45,701 nucleotides of DNA from Candidatus Aenigmarchaeota archaeon LH_S6 (GTDB lineage Archaea > Aenigmatarchaeota > Aenigmatarchaeia > QMZS01). The translations under genes were made by a program, and so were the position numbers. The notes beneath the pieces are model-generated. The model was not told the DNA's origin, searched no databases, and worked only from the letters and a program-made list of their open reading frames with translations. Location of the stretch: assembly GCA_023659935.1 (NCBI GenBank), contig JAGXOK010000004.1, positions 1 to 45,701 of the forward strand, in the 5' to 3' direction. How positions within the stretch are numbered: the stretch's first letter is position 1; each line of letters begins with the position of its first letter. Of this stretch, positions 29,516 to 38,543 are shown piece by piece.

Positions 29516-30727
29516 TTAGGAATATTTTATTTTTATGTTATCCCATCCCTTCTCTGCTATTATCACATGGTCTAAAACCTTTATATTTAACAGATCTCCT
29601 ACTTTTGTGATCCTTCTGGTTATCTCAACATCATTATCACTGGGCTCTGGATCTCCGGACGGATGATTATGCATCAATATCACCCCTGCTGCTGAGTTCT
29701 TAATGGCTTCCCTAAAAACATCTCTCGGATGTACTAAAGAATTATCTAAGGTTCCAACAGATATTAAGTCTTTCTTGATTATCTTATTTTTACTATCTAA
29801 TAAAAGAGCATAAAAATATTCCTTTTTCTTATCTTTTAATTCATCAATAAGATAATTATAAACATCTTCTGGTTTTTCTATTGTTACCATTTCTTTTGTT
29901 TTAACGGCTTTATTATACCTATTATTAAACTTAAATAGACCAATAATTTGACAAGCTTTTGCAAAACCAATTCCTTTTATCTCTTGAAGTTCTTTTAATG
30001 ATAAATCTGAAAGTTTATCTAAGCCATACTCCTTTATCAATCTGTTTGACATTTGAGTGGCATTTTCTTTTTGATGGCCTGTTCTTAGTATTAAAGCAAG
30101 TAACTCGTCATTGCTAAGATAATCAGGACCATGTCTTTCTAATTTTTCTCTAGGCCTCTCATCTTGAGAAATATCTTTTATTCTTGTGTTGTTTGATTTA
30201 CTTTCCTCGCAATTTTTTTTGAAGAGCGCTTTTCCCACATCTCTAACCTTCAAATTATATTTTTCAGAAAATTTCCTTATTTCATTTAACATATCCAAGT
30301 AGTAATCTGGGGTTGAAAAGACATCGTTTGGTCTTGTTTCTATTTTAAAAATTTCATCGTATACATGAGTATTAAAAATGCAATATCTTTCCGGATTGTG
30401 AAATGTTAAAATACAACTTGCTAAAGATATTCCTACACCTTTAATTTTACATAATTTTCTTATTTTTTTACTCTCTTCTTCGGTTTCAAATGCTTCACGA
30501 GTAATTTTTTCTATTTCCGAACCATCCATTTGTTCAAGAAAATTAATTGCCTTTTCTCTATTTTTTTCTAAACCTTTATAAAATTTCCATTTTACTACTT
30601 TTATCAAATCTTCTTTTGTTAGAAAATTCTTCTGGCTTATTATAGTCTCTATTTCTTTTTCTAAATCAAAGGATTCATTTTTACTGTTATACTTATCTAA
30701 CCATTCTGATACTTCCTGGATTTGCAT
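29516..30727 (-). CDS. radC: RadC (JAB domain) protein with an additional ~180-aa N-terminal HhH-containing domain
   Basis: RPREKL..G...LS..ELLAL.L.TG, IKGIG.AKA, VHPRDVF, HNHPSGDPEPS..D; the N-terminal part has LCKIKGVGISLASCIL. Confidence 0.88.
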   Translation of the reverse strand: MQIQEVSEWLDKYNSKNESFDLEKEIETIISQKNFLTKEDLIKVVKWKFYKGLEKNREKAINFLEQMDGSEIEKITREAFETEEESKKIRKLCKIKGVGISLASCILTFHNPERYCIFNTHVYDEIFKIETRPNDVFSTPDYYLDMLNEIRKFSEKYNLKVRDVGKALFKKNCEESKSNNTRIKDISQDERPREKLERHGPDYLSNDELLALILRTGHQKENATQMSNRLIKEYGLDKLSDLSLKELQEIKGIGFAKACQIIGLFKFNNRYNKAVKTKEMVTIEKPEDVYNYLIDELKDKKKEYFYALLLDSKNKIIKKDLISVGTLDNSLVHPRDVFREAIKNSAAGVILMHNHPSGDPEPSDNDVEITRRITKVGDLLNIKVLDHVIIAEKGWDNIKIKYS

Positions 30728-30732
30728 ATTAT

Positions 30733-30822
30733 TTATTGTATAACACCATTCAAAGCAGATGCTCCTAATTTTTGAAATCTTTCTCTTAGTCTATTTTCTT
30801 TTGAAATATTTTTAATCTGCAT
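30733..30822 (-). pseudogene. 5' stub of a second, canonical radC
   Basis: Manual translation MQIKNISKENRLRERFQKLGASALNGVIQ* aligns with IKDISQDERPREKLERHGPDYLS in the downstream RadC. Confidence 0.7.
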
Positions 30823-31174
30823 ATAATTAGTTAATCATAGATTATTTATTAAATCTATCCCTAATGTTAGTAAAGGTTTTTCCTATATCTCCTGTATAAT
30901 TAATTTTAAGTTTTGCATTTTAATTTGCTCTAGAACTTCGTGCCTCTCGCAGTAAAATAGGGAAATTAAAGTAGCAAGTAAAGGTATACACAGATATGAA
31001 CTTTCTCTGATTGTTTTTCTTCTAAATGTTTTATCAATAATTGTTTATTATATTCTGAAATTCTTAACAATCTTCTATAACTAAGTTTTCTCTGATTGTT
31101 GTTTTTTATACTCTTTCATATATGCACCTTGTTTTGCTATCTCTCTAAGGAAAGTAACATATACAAAAGACTTC

Positions 31175-31346
31175 CGCCTCAGGAAGGATTTCCGTAGTCA
31201 AAATACAGGAGATAATATCTCTGCGAAGCAGGAACCTCCCTTTCTTTTGACTTTGAGGAATTTTCTTTTAGGAAAGAAAAGTCTTCACTCGAACCTTCGA
31301 CCTCCTGGTTAACAGCCAGATGCTCCACCTACTGAGCTACTGAGGC
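31175..31346 (-). tRNA. tRNA-Asn(GTT) with a 99-nt T-loop intron (about 59/60; 31189-31287)
   Basis: Minus strand: GCCTCAG TA GCTC AGTAGGTG GAGC A TCTGG CT GTT AA CCAGG AGGTC GAAGG TTCGAG [intron] T CCTTC CTGAGGC G; BHB-like helix TTCG/CGGA. Confidence 0.9.
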
Positions 31347-31376
31347 ATAATATTAATAAAAAATTAAATTGTTATA

Positions 31377-31682
31377 ATGTCGTTCTTTGACTTGATGGGC
31401 TTTATTGATATCGTTACAGGAATTCTGCTTTTTTTAAATTACCTAGAAAACCCAATCGCACTTATTTTGATTCTCTTTCTCTTTTTAAGAGGGATTTCTT
31501 CTTTTATCCCGATTCTGCCCACAATTACACCTTTATTCATATTTCTATCCCTCTTGGATTTAATCGTTGTTTTTCTCATTTTATTTTCTTACGGGTTTGG
31601 TAATTTAGTTATAATAATCCTATTTTTTTATTTCTTGATTAAAGGTCTTTATTCTGTTGCTTCTTTTTTTCTATTTAGATAA
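31377..31682 (+). CDS. Small multi-pass membrane protein
   Basis: 101 aa, very hydrophobic, about 4 TM with an internal repeat (D...G/RG..S; D.../KG..S). Confidence 0.7.
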   Translation: MSFFDLMGFIDIVTGILLFLNYLENPIALILILFLFLRGISSFIPILPTITPLFIFLSLLDLIVVFLILFSYGFGNLVIIILFFYFLIKGLYSVASFFLFR

Positions 31683-31684
31683 TT

Positions 31685-31912
31685 ATGTTCAAAAAAAAGA
31701 AATCTGAGTTACCATTACATACTATTCTAAGGCTTTCAAGGGAATTGGGTGCAGAAAGAATTAGCAAAGATACGGCATTATTTATTTCAGAATACTTGAT
31801 TTCAGAATTGGAGAAAATTATTCAAAAAGCAGATAGATTTGCAAGACACGCAGACAGGAAAACAATAATGCTTAATGATGTAAAACTTGCTATTGAAAAA
31901 AATAAGGAGTAG
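31685..31912 (+). CDS. Archaeal histone (HMf family)
   Basis: ELP...I.RL....GAERIS...A...A.HA.RKTI...DV.LA. Confidence 0.92.
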   Translation: MFKKKKSELPLHTILRLSRELGAERISKDTALFISEYLISELEKIIQKADRFARHADRKTIMLNDVKLAIEKNKE

Positions 31913-31918
31913 TTATTT

Positions 31919-32566
31919 ATGGCAGTCTATCAAACAGAGTTTTCAGGGAGTCCAACTTTAGGTCTACTGGGATTAATAACAGAAAGTGTAGGGTATCTTC
32001 CTGCAGAAGTTAAAAAAGCCCAAACCCAAAAAATATCAGAATCTTTAGAGGTTAAAATAAAGAAGATAAGTTTATATAATTCTTCCTTAATTGGATTATT
32101 TTCAGCGGCAAATTTAAAATATATGTTTGTTCCTGAACTTGTTTCAGACTTAGAGATAAAAAATTTAGAAAAAGAAGTTATAAAACTGACAGGAATATTT
32201 ACAACCTTGGGAAATCTGGTTTTGTGCAACGATAAAGGTTGTATTCTCTCTCCTTATCTTGCAGAAAAAAAATATTTCTTTGAAAAGGAACTGAAACTGA
32301 AAACAGAGGCAACAACAATCTCGGATTTACCTTTTCCTGGAGTTCTTGCCACAGTAACAAACAAAGCTGGAATTGTGCATAAAAATTGTAAAGATGCTGA
32401 AATTGAAATTCTTGAAAAAACTCTTGGGATTGAATTCAAAAAACTGGAATTTTATGAGGGTTTCCCTGGAGCTGAAATTTTAGCAAATACAAAAGGAGCA
32501 GTTATTCCAAAAAATTTAAAAGGTAAGGAACTTGCTGAGATTCAGGAAGGCTTGAAGGTTTTTTAG
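31919..32566 (+). CDS. eif6: Translation initiation factor 6 (aIF6)
   Basis: GSPTLG, SSLIGLFSAAN, GNLVLCNDKG, ILANTKGAV...EL..I. Confidence 0.88.
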   Translation: MAVYQTEFSGSPTLGLLGLITESVGYLPAEVKKAQTQKISESLEVKIKKISLYNSSLIGLFSAANLKYMFVPELVSDLEIKNLEKEVIKLTGIFTTLGNLVLCNDKGCILSPYLAEKKYFFEKELKLKTEATTISDLPFPGVLATVTNKAGIVHKNCKDAEIEILEKTLGIEFKKLEFYEGFPGAEILANTKGAVIPKNLKGKELAEIQEGLKVF

Positions 32567-32636
32567 TTTATCTTCTAAATAAATTATGATTATTTAAAGA
32601 AAATAACTTATTTAAAGTTTTAAAATCATTAATTTT

Positions 32637-33509
32637 ATGAAAACCGAACCAAGATATTCGATTGTTGGATATGGACGAATGGGGCATATAGTTGAAGAAG
32701 AATTAAAGAAGAAACATAAAAAAATCAGTGAAATAATTGATCCCAATTATAAAGATTGGAAGCGCAGTTCATTAGAAAATACAGATACTGCAATTGTTTT
32801 TGTAAGTCCAGAAGCGGGGTATGAAACAACTAAAAAGGTTCTTGGAAAAGGTGTAAATGCTGTAGTTGGAACAACAAAGTTTTATCAAAATTCTGACGGA
32901 ACTTTAAATCAAGAAATGCTGGATGAATTGGGAAAAAAAGCAAAAGAAAATGATGTTAAGTTCGTGTATGCACCCAACTTTTCTCCTGGTGTAAACGAAT
33001 ATGTCGCTGAATTAAGAAAAGAAGCACCTTTTTATTCAAAATATGGTTATAATCCTGTTGTTATAGAAACGCATCATACTGGAAAAACAAAAGATGTTTC
33101 TGGAACTGCAGTAGGACTCATAGGACCAGCATTGCTTGAAGCCTATTCCTATAAAGAAGGTTTAGATTTTGATATAGATAAAGCAATTTGGCCTGCGGAA
33201 TATGATGAAAAATTTGATAGTTCTCTATTAGATGCTCCATTTGACCCAAATGTTGAAGGAACTTCAGCAGATGAAGTAAGGGAACAAGTAGCTTCAGCAA
33301 AAAAACAAAATAAAATTCCAATAGTTGCAATAAGGTATGGAGACATACCGGGCAGGCATAGGGTTGATTTTATAGGAAAAACCGATACTACTATTAAAGA
33401 TAGTGTGGTTACAGATAGGAATATATTTGGTGCAGGTGCTGTGAAGATTTCAGAGCAGTTATTTTATTTAAAACAATCGGGGATTTATTGTATAACTGAC
33501 TTGATTTAA
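32637..33509 (+). CDS. dapB: 4-hydroxy-tetrahydrodipicolinate reductase (DapB-like), divergent
   Basis: GYGRMG, VVGTT, APNFS.G, IETHH..K..D.SGTA, R.G...G.H, R..F..GA. Confidence 0.82.
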   Translation: MKTEPRYSIVGYGRMGHIVEEELKKKHKKISEIIDPNYKDWKRSSLENTDTAIVFVSPEAGYETTKKVLGKGVNAVVGTTKFYQNSDGTLNQEMLDELGKKAKENDVKFVYAPNFSPGVNEYVAELRKEAPFYSKYGYNPVVIETHHTGKTKDVSGTAVGLIGPALLEAYSYKEGLDFDIDKAIWPAEYDEKFDSSLLDAPFDPNVEGTSADEVREQVASAKKQNKIPIVAIRYGDIPGRHRVDFIGKTDTTIKDSVVTDRNIFGAGAVKISEQLFYLKQSGIYCITDLI

Positions 33510-33512
33510 TTT

Positions 33513-34189
33513 TTATTTCTCCTTGATAAAAGCCTCCCCATGAGTTAAAGATCCAAGTTTATCATAGACATCATTTTTCTGTCCTGCAGGGATTTCCAAA
33601 TAACAGAAAAAACTTCCATCACTATTCCAGTTTTCCTTTAGGATTTTACCAAGAGATTTGATTTTTCCATAGGCAGCACCAGAATATTTTGCTGGAATTC
33701 TTATTTCCATCTTTAGATTTTCAATTGATAGAGGGATTTCTACTCTAATTTTTTTTATTATCTCCTGGACCTGCTCTTCAACACTTTTATAAAAAGTTAT
33801 ATTAATTCCTATATTTTCCATAGCTCTTAAAATTCTTTCAATTGGATGTGGTGCCTTTGTCTGAGGATTTATTGCTGTCTTTGAAATAATTGCCGCAATC
33901 TGCTTTTTCTTTTTATCCAGTATTTCATCTCTTAGTTCCTTTGGAATTTGTATTTCTCCTTCAATTATAATTTTTTTTGCAACTTCAATCCTGTTCTCAG
34001 TTCCAAAGTTTTTGTTTAAATCCTGAGAGGATACTTTTTCACCCCTCTCTATATCTGAAAATATTTCATCTGAAACAATAACATCTTCTACTATTTTTTT
34101 TCCTTGTTTGAACTCAAGAGCTTCCCTTGGATAAACTAAAATTTCAAATACTTCCCACCTTTTTTAAGCCTTGTAGTTACAGGTTCCAT
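33513..34189 (-). pseudogene. Ribosome maturation factor SBDS/Sdo1 with an apparent 1-nt deletion near codon 11-13 (possibly a sequence error)
   Basis: MEPVTTRLKKGG, then after a frameshift EVFEILVYP...IFSD...FGT...GEIQI...INPQTKAPHP.ERI, continuing into ORF 33513-33821. The span is 677 nt (3n-1). Confidence 0.85.
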
Positions 34190-34249
34190 AATATATTCAA
34201 AGAATATACTTTATTAAATATTAAAATTTAAAAAAACTAAAAAATAAAA

Positions 34250-34897
34250 TTATTTTTTCTTTTTAACAAATGACTTTTCTACATCACCAATGTATTTATC
34301 TGCTTCCTTTGCAATAACATCCTTCAATCCAAGACCCATTGCAATGGCAAATCCAAGACCAACACTTGCTATTATTACCAATAGTATGCTATTTACTAGC
34401 ATTGTGTCTATCCCTATAACCGGCAAAGCCATTGCAATTGCTACATAAATTACAAAGAAGTTTACTACTTTACCAACTAAATCCCTATATTTTCCTTTGC
34501 TTAATCTTATTTGCTCCTCAAAGAAATTACCCAAGATGTAACCAACTACTACGATTATTGCTGCACCAACAGCCTTTGGTATGAAATATACAATTTTATC
34601 CATAAACATTGCCAAGGTTATTATACCCAAATATTGAAATGCTGCTTGTATTGCTACTAAATAAACTATCCATGACCCAGCTATCTCAAATAGATAACTT
34701 AATTTAAATCCACTACTTTTTATGTATTTATCAATCATTACACTCTTGCAGATTTTTTTAATCACCACTCCAACAACTTTTCCTATTATATAACCCAATA
34801 AGAGAATTATCAATGCTCCTATCAGGTTAGGAAGAAAAGCAATTGTACTTTCTCCGAGATTCGTCAACAACATGGGTAGTGCTTCCATTACTGCCAT
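34250..34897 (-). CDS. TM-helix-repeat / MscS-N-like (CmpX-like) membrane protein
   Basis: Repeated FLPNLIGALIILLLGYIIG / FIPKAVGAAIIVVVGYILG; AIAMGLGLKD. Confidence 0.75.
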   Translation of the reverse strand: MAVMEALPMLLTNLGESTIAFLPNLIGALIILLLGYIIGKVVGVVIKKICKSVMIDKYIKSSGFKLSYLFEIAGSWIVYLVAIQAAFQYLGIITLAMFMDKIVYFIPKAVGAAIIVVVGYILGNFFEEQIRLSKGKYRDLVGKVVNFFVIYVAIAMALPVIGIDTMLVNSILLVIIASVGLGFAIAMGLGLKDVIAKEADKYIGDVEKSFVKKKK

Positions 34898-34927
34898 AAT
34901 TAATACATATAGATATATATAAGAAAA

Positions 34928-35110
34928 TTATACCTTAATAGCGTATTTTCCAGATAATTTGAAATTTAACTCTTTTGCAACATCACTTTCTTCAGGATTA
35001 AAAATAATAGCAATTCCTTGCCAATTCTCTGTTAACTCTTTTGTTTTACAAACTGGACATTCCTTTTTCTCTGTCAGCATATGGCAAACCTTACAAGCTT
35101 TCTCAACCAT
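34928..35110 (-). CDS. spt4: Transcription elongation factor Spt4 (RpoE'')
   Basis: KACKVC...CPVC...LTENWQG...PE.S.VA...GKYAIKV. Confidence 0.95.
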   Translation of the reverse strand: MVEKACKVCHMLTEKKECPVCKTKELTENWQGIAIIFNPEESDVAKELNFKLSGKYAIKV

Positions 35111-35125
35111 AATTTAGTAACTAAC

Positions 35126-35704
35126 TTAAATATACCTTCTCCTCTTTAACATCTTTTCAAAAACTTCCAAAATTTTCTCTGTTTCTCTATTTTTATAACC
35201 TGACAAAAAATATTTCCAGCAATTAAATTCTGGGTGAACTGATTTGAAATTTTGAACTAAAGTCAGTAAATCAGAGGCTTTCTGCTCCAAACTTTTTGTT
35301 TCTACTCCGAGACCAAAATCTATAAAGTAGAGTTCTTCATTTTTGACAATAATATTTGAGGTTGTTAGGTCCCCATGAATTATATCAGCCGAATGTATCT
35401 TTGAAATAGCTTCCCCGATTTTCTTGCAGAGTTTTCTATAATTATTTTTGTTGAGATATTCTTTTAATTTTTTTCCTTCAATAAATTCCATCCCTATTGA
35501 AAAATTTTTCACATCAAACAAAATAGGGACTTTTATTCCAAGCCTTTTCACATCTGATAATAATTTTGCTTCTTTCTTTGTCCTCCTTTTCCTCAAAAAA
35601 ACATCTAATTCTTTTTCTCTATATTTTTTGGAAATTCTCTCCTTGAATATTTTATCCCTATCTAAATAAATCTTTGCTTCTGCTCCCAGGGCAATAACTT
35701 TCAT
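35126..35704 (-). CDS. bud32: KEOPS complex kinase/ATPase Bud32
   Basis: GAEA, K.R..K.YR...LD..LR..RT..EA, HGDLTTSN, IDFGL, C-terminal RRRY. Confidence 0.93.
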   Translation of the reverse strand: MKVIALGAEAKIYLDRDKIFKERISKKYREKELDVFLRKRRTKKEAKLLSDVKRLGIKVPILFDVKNFSIGMEFIEGKKLKEYLNKNNYRKLCKKIGEAISKIHSADIIHGDLTTSNIIVKNEELYFIDFGLGVETKSLEQKASDLLTLVQNFKSVHPEFNCWKYFLSGYKNRETEKILEVFEKMLKRRRYI

Positions 35705-35706
35705 AT

Positions 35707-36306
35707 TTATTTCATCTTACTAACAATAAAAAGATGGTCGTGCTCATAAGGCTCCAAATCCAAAACTTCTAAAATTTCAAAATCTTTACTCAATTCTTTG
35801 ATTGCTTCCCTATAAATTTCTTTAACTTCTTTTACCGAATCTATTGCCTTTGCTTTTAGGGTAATTACAATAATTCCCCTCTCTTTCAGAAAAACCTTGT
35901 TTCTTTTCAGGATTTGAACCTGGTCTCTCTGGGCAATGTCTTCATAAATTAAGTCAACATTTCCAATCCACCCATATTTTTCTGGAAATCTTGCATCTTC
36001 AAGTAGGGGAACAACATTTGATTTTTTCTTCACTTTTTCAACTAAATTTGAAATTATTTTAGCAGAAATTTCAACTCCATAAATAAGTCCCTTGTCACCA
36101 ACAATATTTGAGAAGTGAGAAAGTGTTGTCCCGTGGGCAGCACCTAAATATAAAATTTTCTGTCCTTTTTTTACAGGAAAATTCTGTAAACCTAGTAAAA
36201 TCGCTGCTGCAGGTTTTGATTTATAGGGATTCCACTCTTCGAGATTCTTCCCTTTTGTATATAAACCATTTCCTTTTTTATGAACTCCAGGAAATATCTG
36301 CTCCAT
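35707..36306 (-). CDS. flpA: Fibrillarin-like rRNA/tRNA 2'-O-methyltransferase
   Basis: WNPYKSK.AA, LYLGAAHGTTLSH, DARFP, DIAQ, LEPYEHDH. Confidence 0.95.
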   Translation of the reverse strand: MEQIFPGVHKKGNGLYTKGKNLEEWNPYKSKPAAAILLGLQNFPVKKGQKILYLGAAHGTTLSHFSNIVGDKGLIYGVEISAKIISNLVEKVKKKSNVVPLLEDARFPEKYGWIGNVDLIYEDIAQRDQVQILKRNKVFLKERGIIVITLKAKAIDSVKEVKEIYREAIKELSKDFEILEVLDLEPYEHDHLFIVSKMK

Positions 36307-36425
36307 AATTGGAGCAGGAATTAAAGATAATTTCCCTATTTTTTAAAATAACTTTTGCTAAAAAAATTCTTAGAGTATTGCTATTACATTACCAAAATAA
36401 AACTTTAAATACTTATTAGATTGTT

Positions 36426-36608
36426 GTGAAAATAGAAGAAGAAATAAAAGATTGGCTAGAAGAAACAACCCTCTCAAAAAAATCTAAAGAAAAACTTTTA
36501 GAAGAATCTCTAGAAATCTATGGAGAAATAGGAGATCTTCCATACTTAAAAGAAGATAAAGCTAGTATATCACTATTCTTAGAAGGGAAAATACTTAAAA
36601 AGATATGA
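36426..36608 (+). CDS. Small hypothetical protein or gene fragment
   Basis: 60-aa GTG-start ORF with coding-like composition and TTTAAATA upstream. Confidence 0.4.
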   Translation: MKIEEEIKDWLEETTLSKKSKEKLLEESLEIYGEIGDLPYLKEDKASISLFLEGKILKKI

Positions 36609-36623
36609 TAATAAAATAATGAG

Positions 36624-38543
36624 ATGATAAAAATGTCCAATAACAAAAAGTATGTGGAACTGCTCTGGTATGATAAATATGATGACCATAAATTAGGCAA
36701 AAAGAAGCCTATTGAACGTCCTAATCTTCCATTTCAGGTAGTTGAAACGATTAACAAACCTCGAAGGACACAAAAAGGGCTTGGAGAATTTAAAGAATCA
36801 TTGAAACACTGGCCTGAGAATTACCCAAAGGATTGGAAAAATAAGTTAATCTGGGGGGATAACAAACTTGTGATGTCCTCTTTAATTAAGCAGGGATGGG
36901 CTGGGAAGATAAATCTGATTTATATTGACCCGCCTTTTTTCACTGGAGCAGACTTCACAATTAGAACAAAACTTGGGAACGAGCGAATAGAGAAAGAACC
37001 GTCCGTTATTGAGAAGCGGGCTTATAAGGATACCTGGAGTGGTGGAATTGCCTCTTATCTCAAGTATATGTACGAGAGATTGGTTTTGATGAGGGAGTTA
37101 CTGGCTGAGAATGGCTCTATCTATGTTCATTTGGACTGGCATGTGGGACATTATGTTAAGGTAATGATGGATGAGATTTTTGGGCATGAGAATCTCATTA
37201 ATGAAATAATCTGGTTTTTTAGAGGAACTACTAATAGCAGAAAGATGTATGGGGACAAGCATGATACAATTCTTTTATATGCTAAAAATAAGGGAGAGCA
37301 TATCTTCAATCCTGATGATATTCGTATACCTTATGATAATATAAGAGTTTTTAAACAGGATGAGGAGGGAAAATGGTATAAGCAGTGGTCAAAAGAAGTA
37401 AAGCACTATCCAAATCAGGTATTTGTAAATGGAAAATGGAAAATAACTGGCAAATATCGATATGATGTAATAGATGATATTCCTTCTATGGCTACTGCTC
37501 ATGGGGATGAATACTTAGATTTTCCTACACAAAAGAAAGAAGATTTGATAAAAATATTTATCCTCGCCTCCTCAAATCCTGGTGACATCGTTTTTGATGC
37601 TTTCTGTGGCTCTGGCACGACACAAGCGGTTGCAGAGAAACTTGGCAGGAGATGGATCGGTTCCGATTTATCCAAGTTTGCCATTCAGGTTACAAGGAAA
37701 AGATTGCTGGATATACACAATTCAAAGGATTTGCAGAATAATGGCAAGCAATACGAAAAGCCAGCAAGACCCTTTGAGCTCTGGAATATCGGCAATTATG
37801 AAACCATTTATTGGCAGGAGAAAGAAGGCGAATATCTTGCATTTATGCTCAAACTCTATCAAGCACAGCCATTAACTGGCTTTATATACATTCACGGAAC
37901 AAAAGGAGACAGAGCAGTTCATGTTGGCCCTTTAAATGCCCCTGTAACCATGGAAGAAGTGGAGAAAGTTGTTGTAGAATGCAGGGCAAACAACTTCAAC
38001 AAAGCAGATGTTTTAGGCTGGGAGTGGGGTTATGAAGTCAATGAGCTTGGCAAAGCACTGGCAAAAAAGAATGGAGTTGATTTAAAATTGGTTCAGATGC
38101 CATCCGTAAATGAAATAAAATCTTCACTTGTGGGATTTGACTTGCAATTGTTGAAAATTCCTGAACAGGTGGTAGAAAAGGAATTGGCTAAATATGTTAA
38201 ATTCCCAGAAGCGGCTTATTTAGAAATCGAAACAAAAGTCAAAGGCAAAGAATTAGTTTTGAAAATAACAGATTTTCAGCTTCCACCGACAGCCGAACTC
38301 GCAGAGATAGCAAGCAAAGTAAATGATACCAGAGAACTTATAGATTATTGGGCAATAGATTGGGATTACAAAGGCGATACTTTTCATAATCAGTGGCAGA
38401 GTTTTAGAGTAAAGAAAAATCCAAAGGTAGATTATGAAGCCAAACACAGATATGATGATGCTGGAGGATATGAGGTAATGGTAAAGGTTGTGGATGTGTT
38501 CGGGAACGATACAAATAAGATTCTAAAGGTGGGTATAAAATGA
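36624..38543 (+). CDS. mod: Type III R-M DNA methyltransferase (Mod)
   Basis: NKLIWGDN, IYIDPPF, FPTQK, DAFCGSGTT, VKVVDVFGND. Confidence 0.9.
   Translation: MIKMSNNKKYVELLWYDKYDDHKLGKKKPIERPNLPFQVVETINKPRRTQKGLGEFKESLKHWPENYPKDWKNKLIWGDNKLVMSSLIKQGWAGKINLIYIDPPFFTGADFTIRTKLGNERIEKEPSVIEKRAYKDTWSGGIASYLKYMYERLVLMRELLAENGSIYVHLDWHVGHYVKVMMDEIFGHENLINEIIWFFRGTTNSRKMYGDKHDTILLYAKNKGEHIFNPDDIRIPYDNIRVFKQDEEGKWYKQWSKEVKHYPNQVFVNGKWKITGKYRYDVIDDIPSMATAHGDEYLDFPTQKKEDLIKIFILASSNPGDIVFDAFCGSGTTQAVAEKLGRRWIGSDLSKFAIQVTRKRLLDIHNSKDLQNNGKQYEKPARPFELWNIGNYETIYWQEKEGEYLAFMLKLYQAQPLTGFIYIHGTKGDRAVHVGPLNAPVTMEEVEKVVVECRANNFNKADVLGWEWGYEVNELGKALAKKNGVDLKLVQMPSVNEIKSSLVGFDLQLLKIPEQVVEKELAKYVKFPEAAYLEIETKVKGKELVLKITDFQLPPTAELAEIASKVNDTRELIDYWAIDWDYKGDTFHNQWQSFRVKKNPKVDYEAKHRYDDAGGYEVMVKVVDVFGNDTNKILKVGIK

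Noticed and set aside
31231-31244. tRNA-Asn intron segment GAAAGGGAGGT complementary (10/11) to the tRNA-Glu anticodon arm, a possible guide RNA
   Set aside because: A short match with no clear flanking C/D boxes; plausibly chance.
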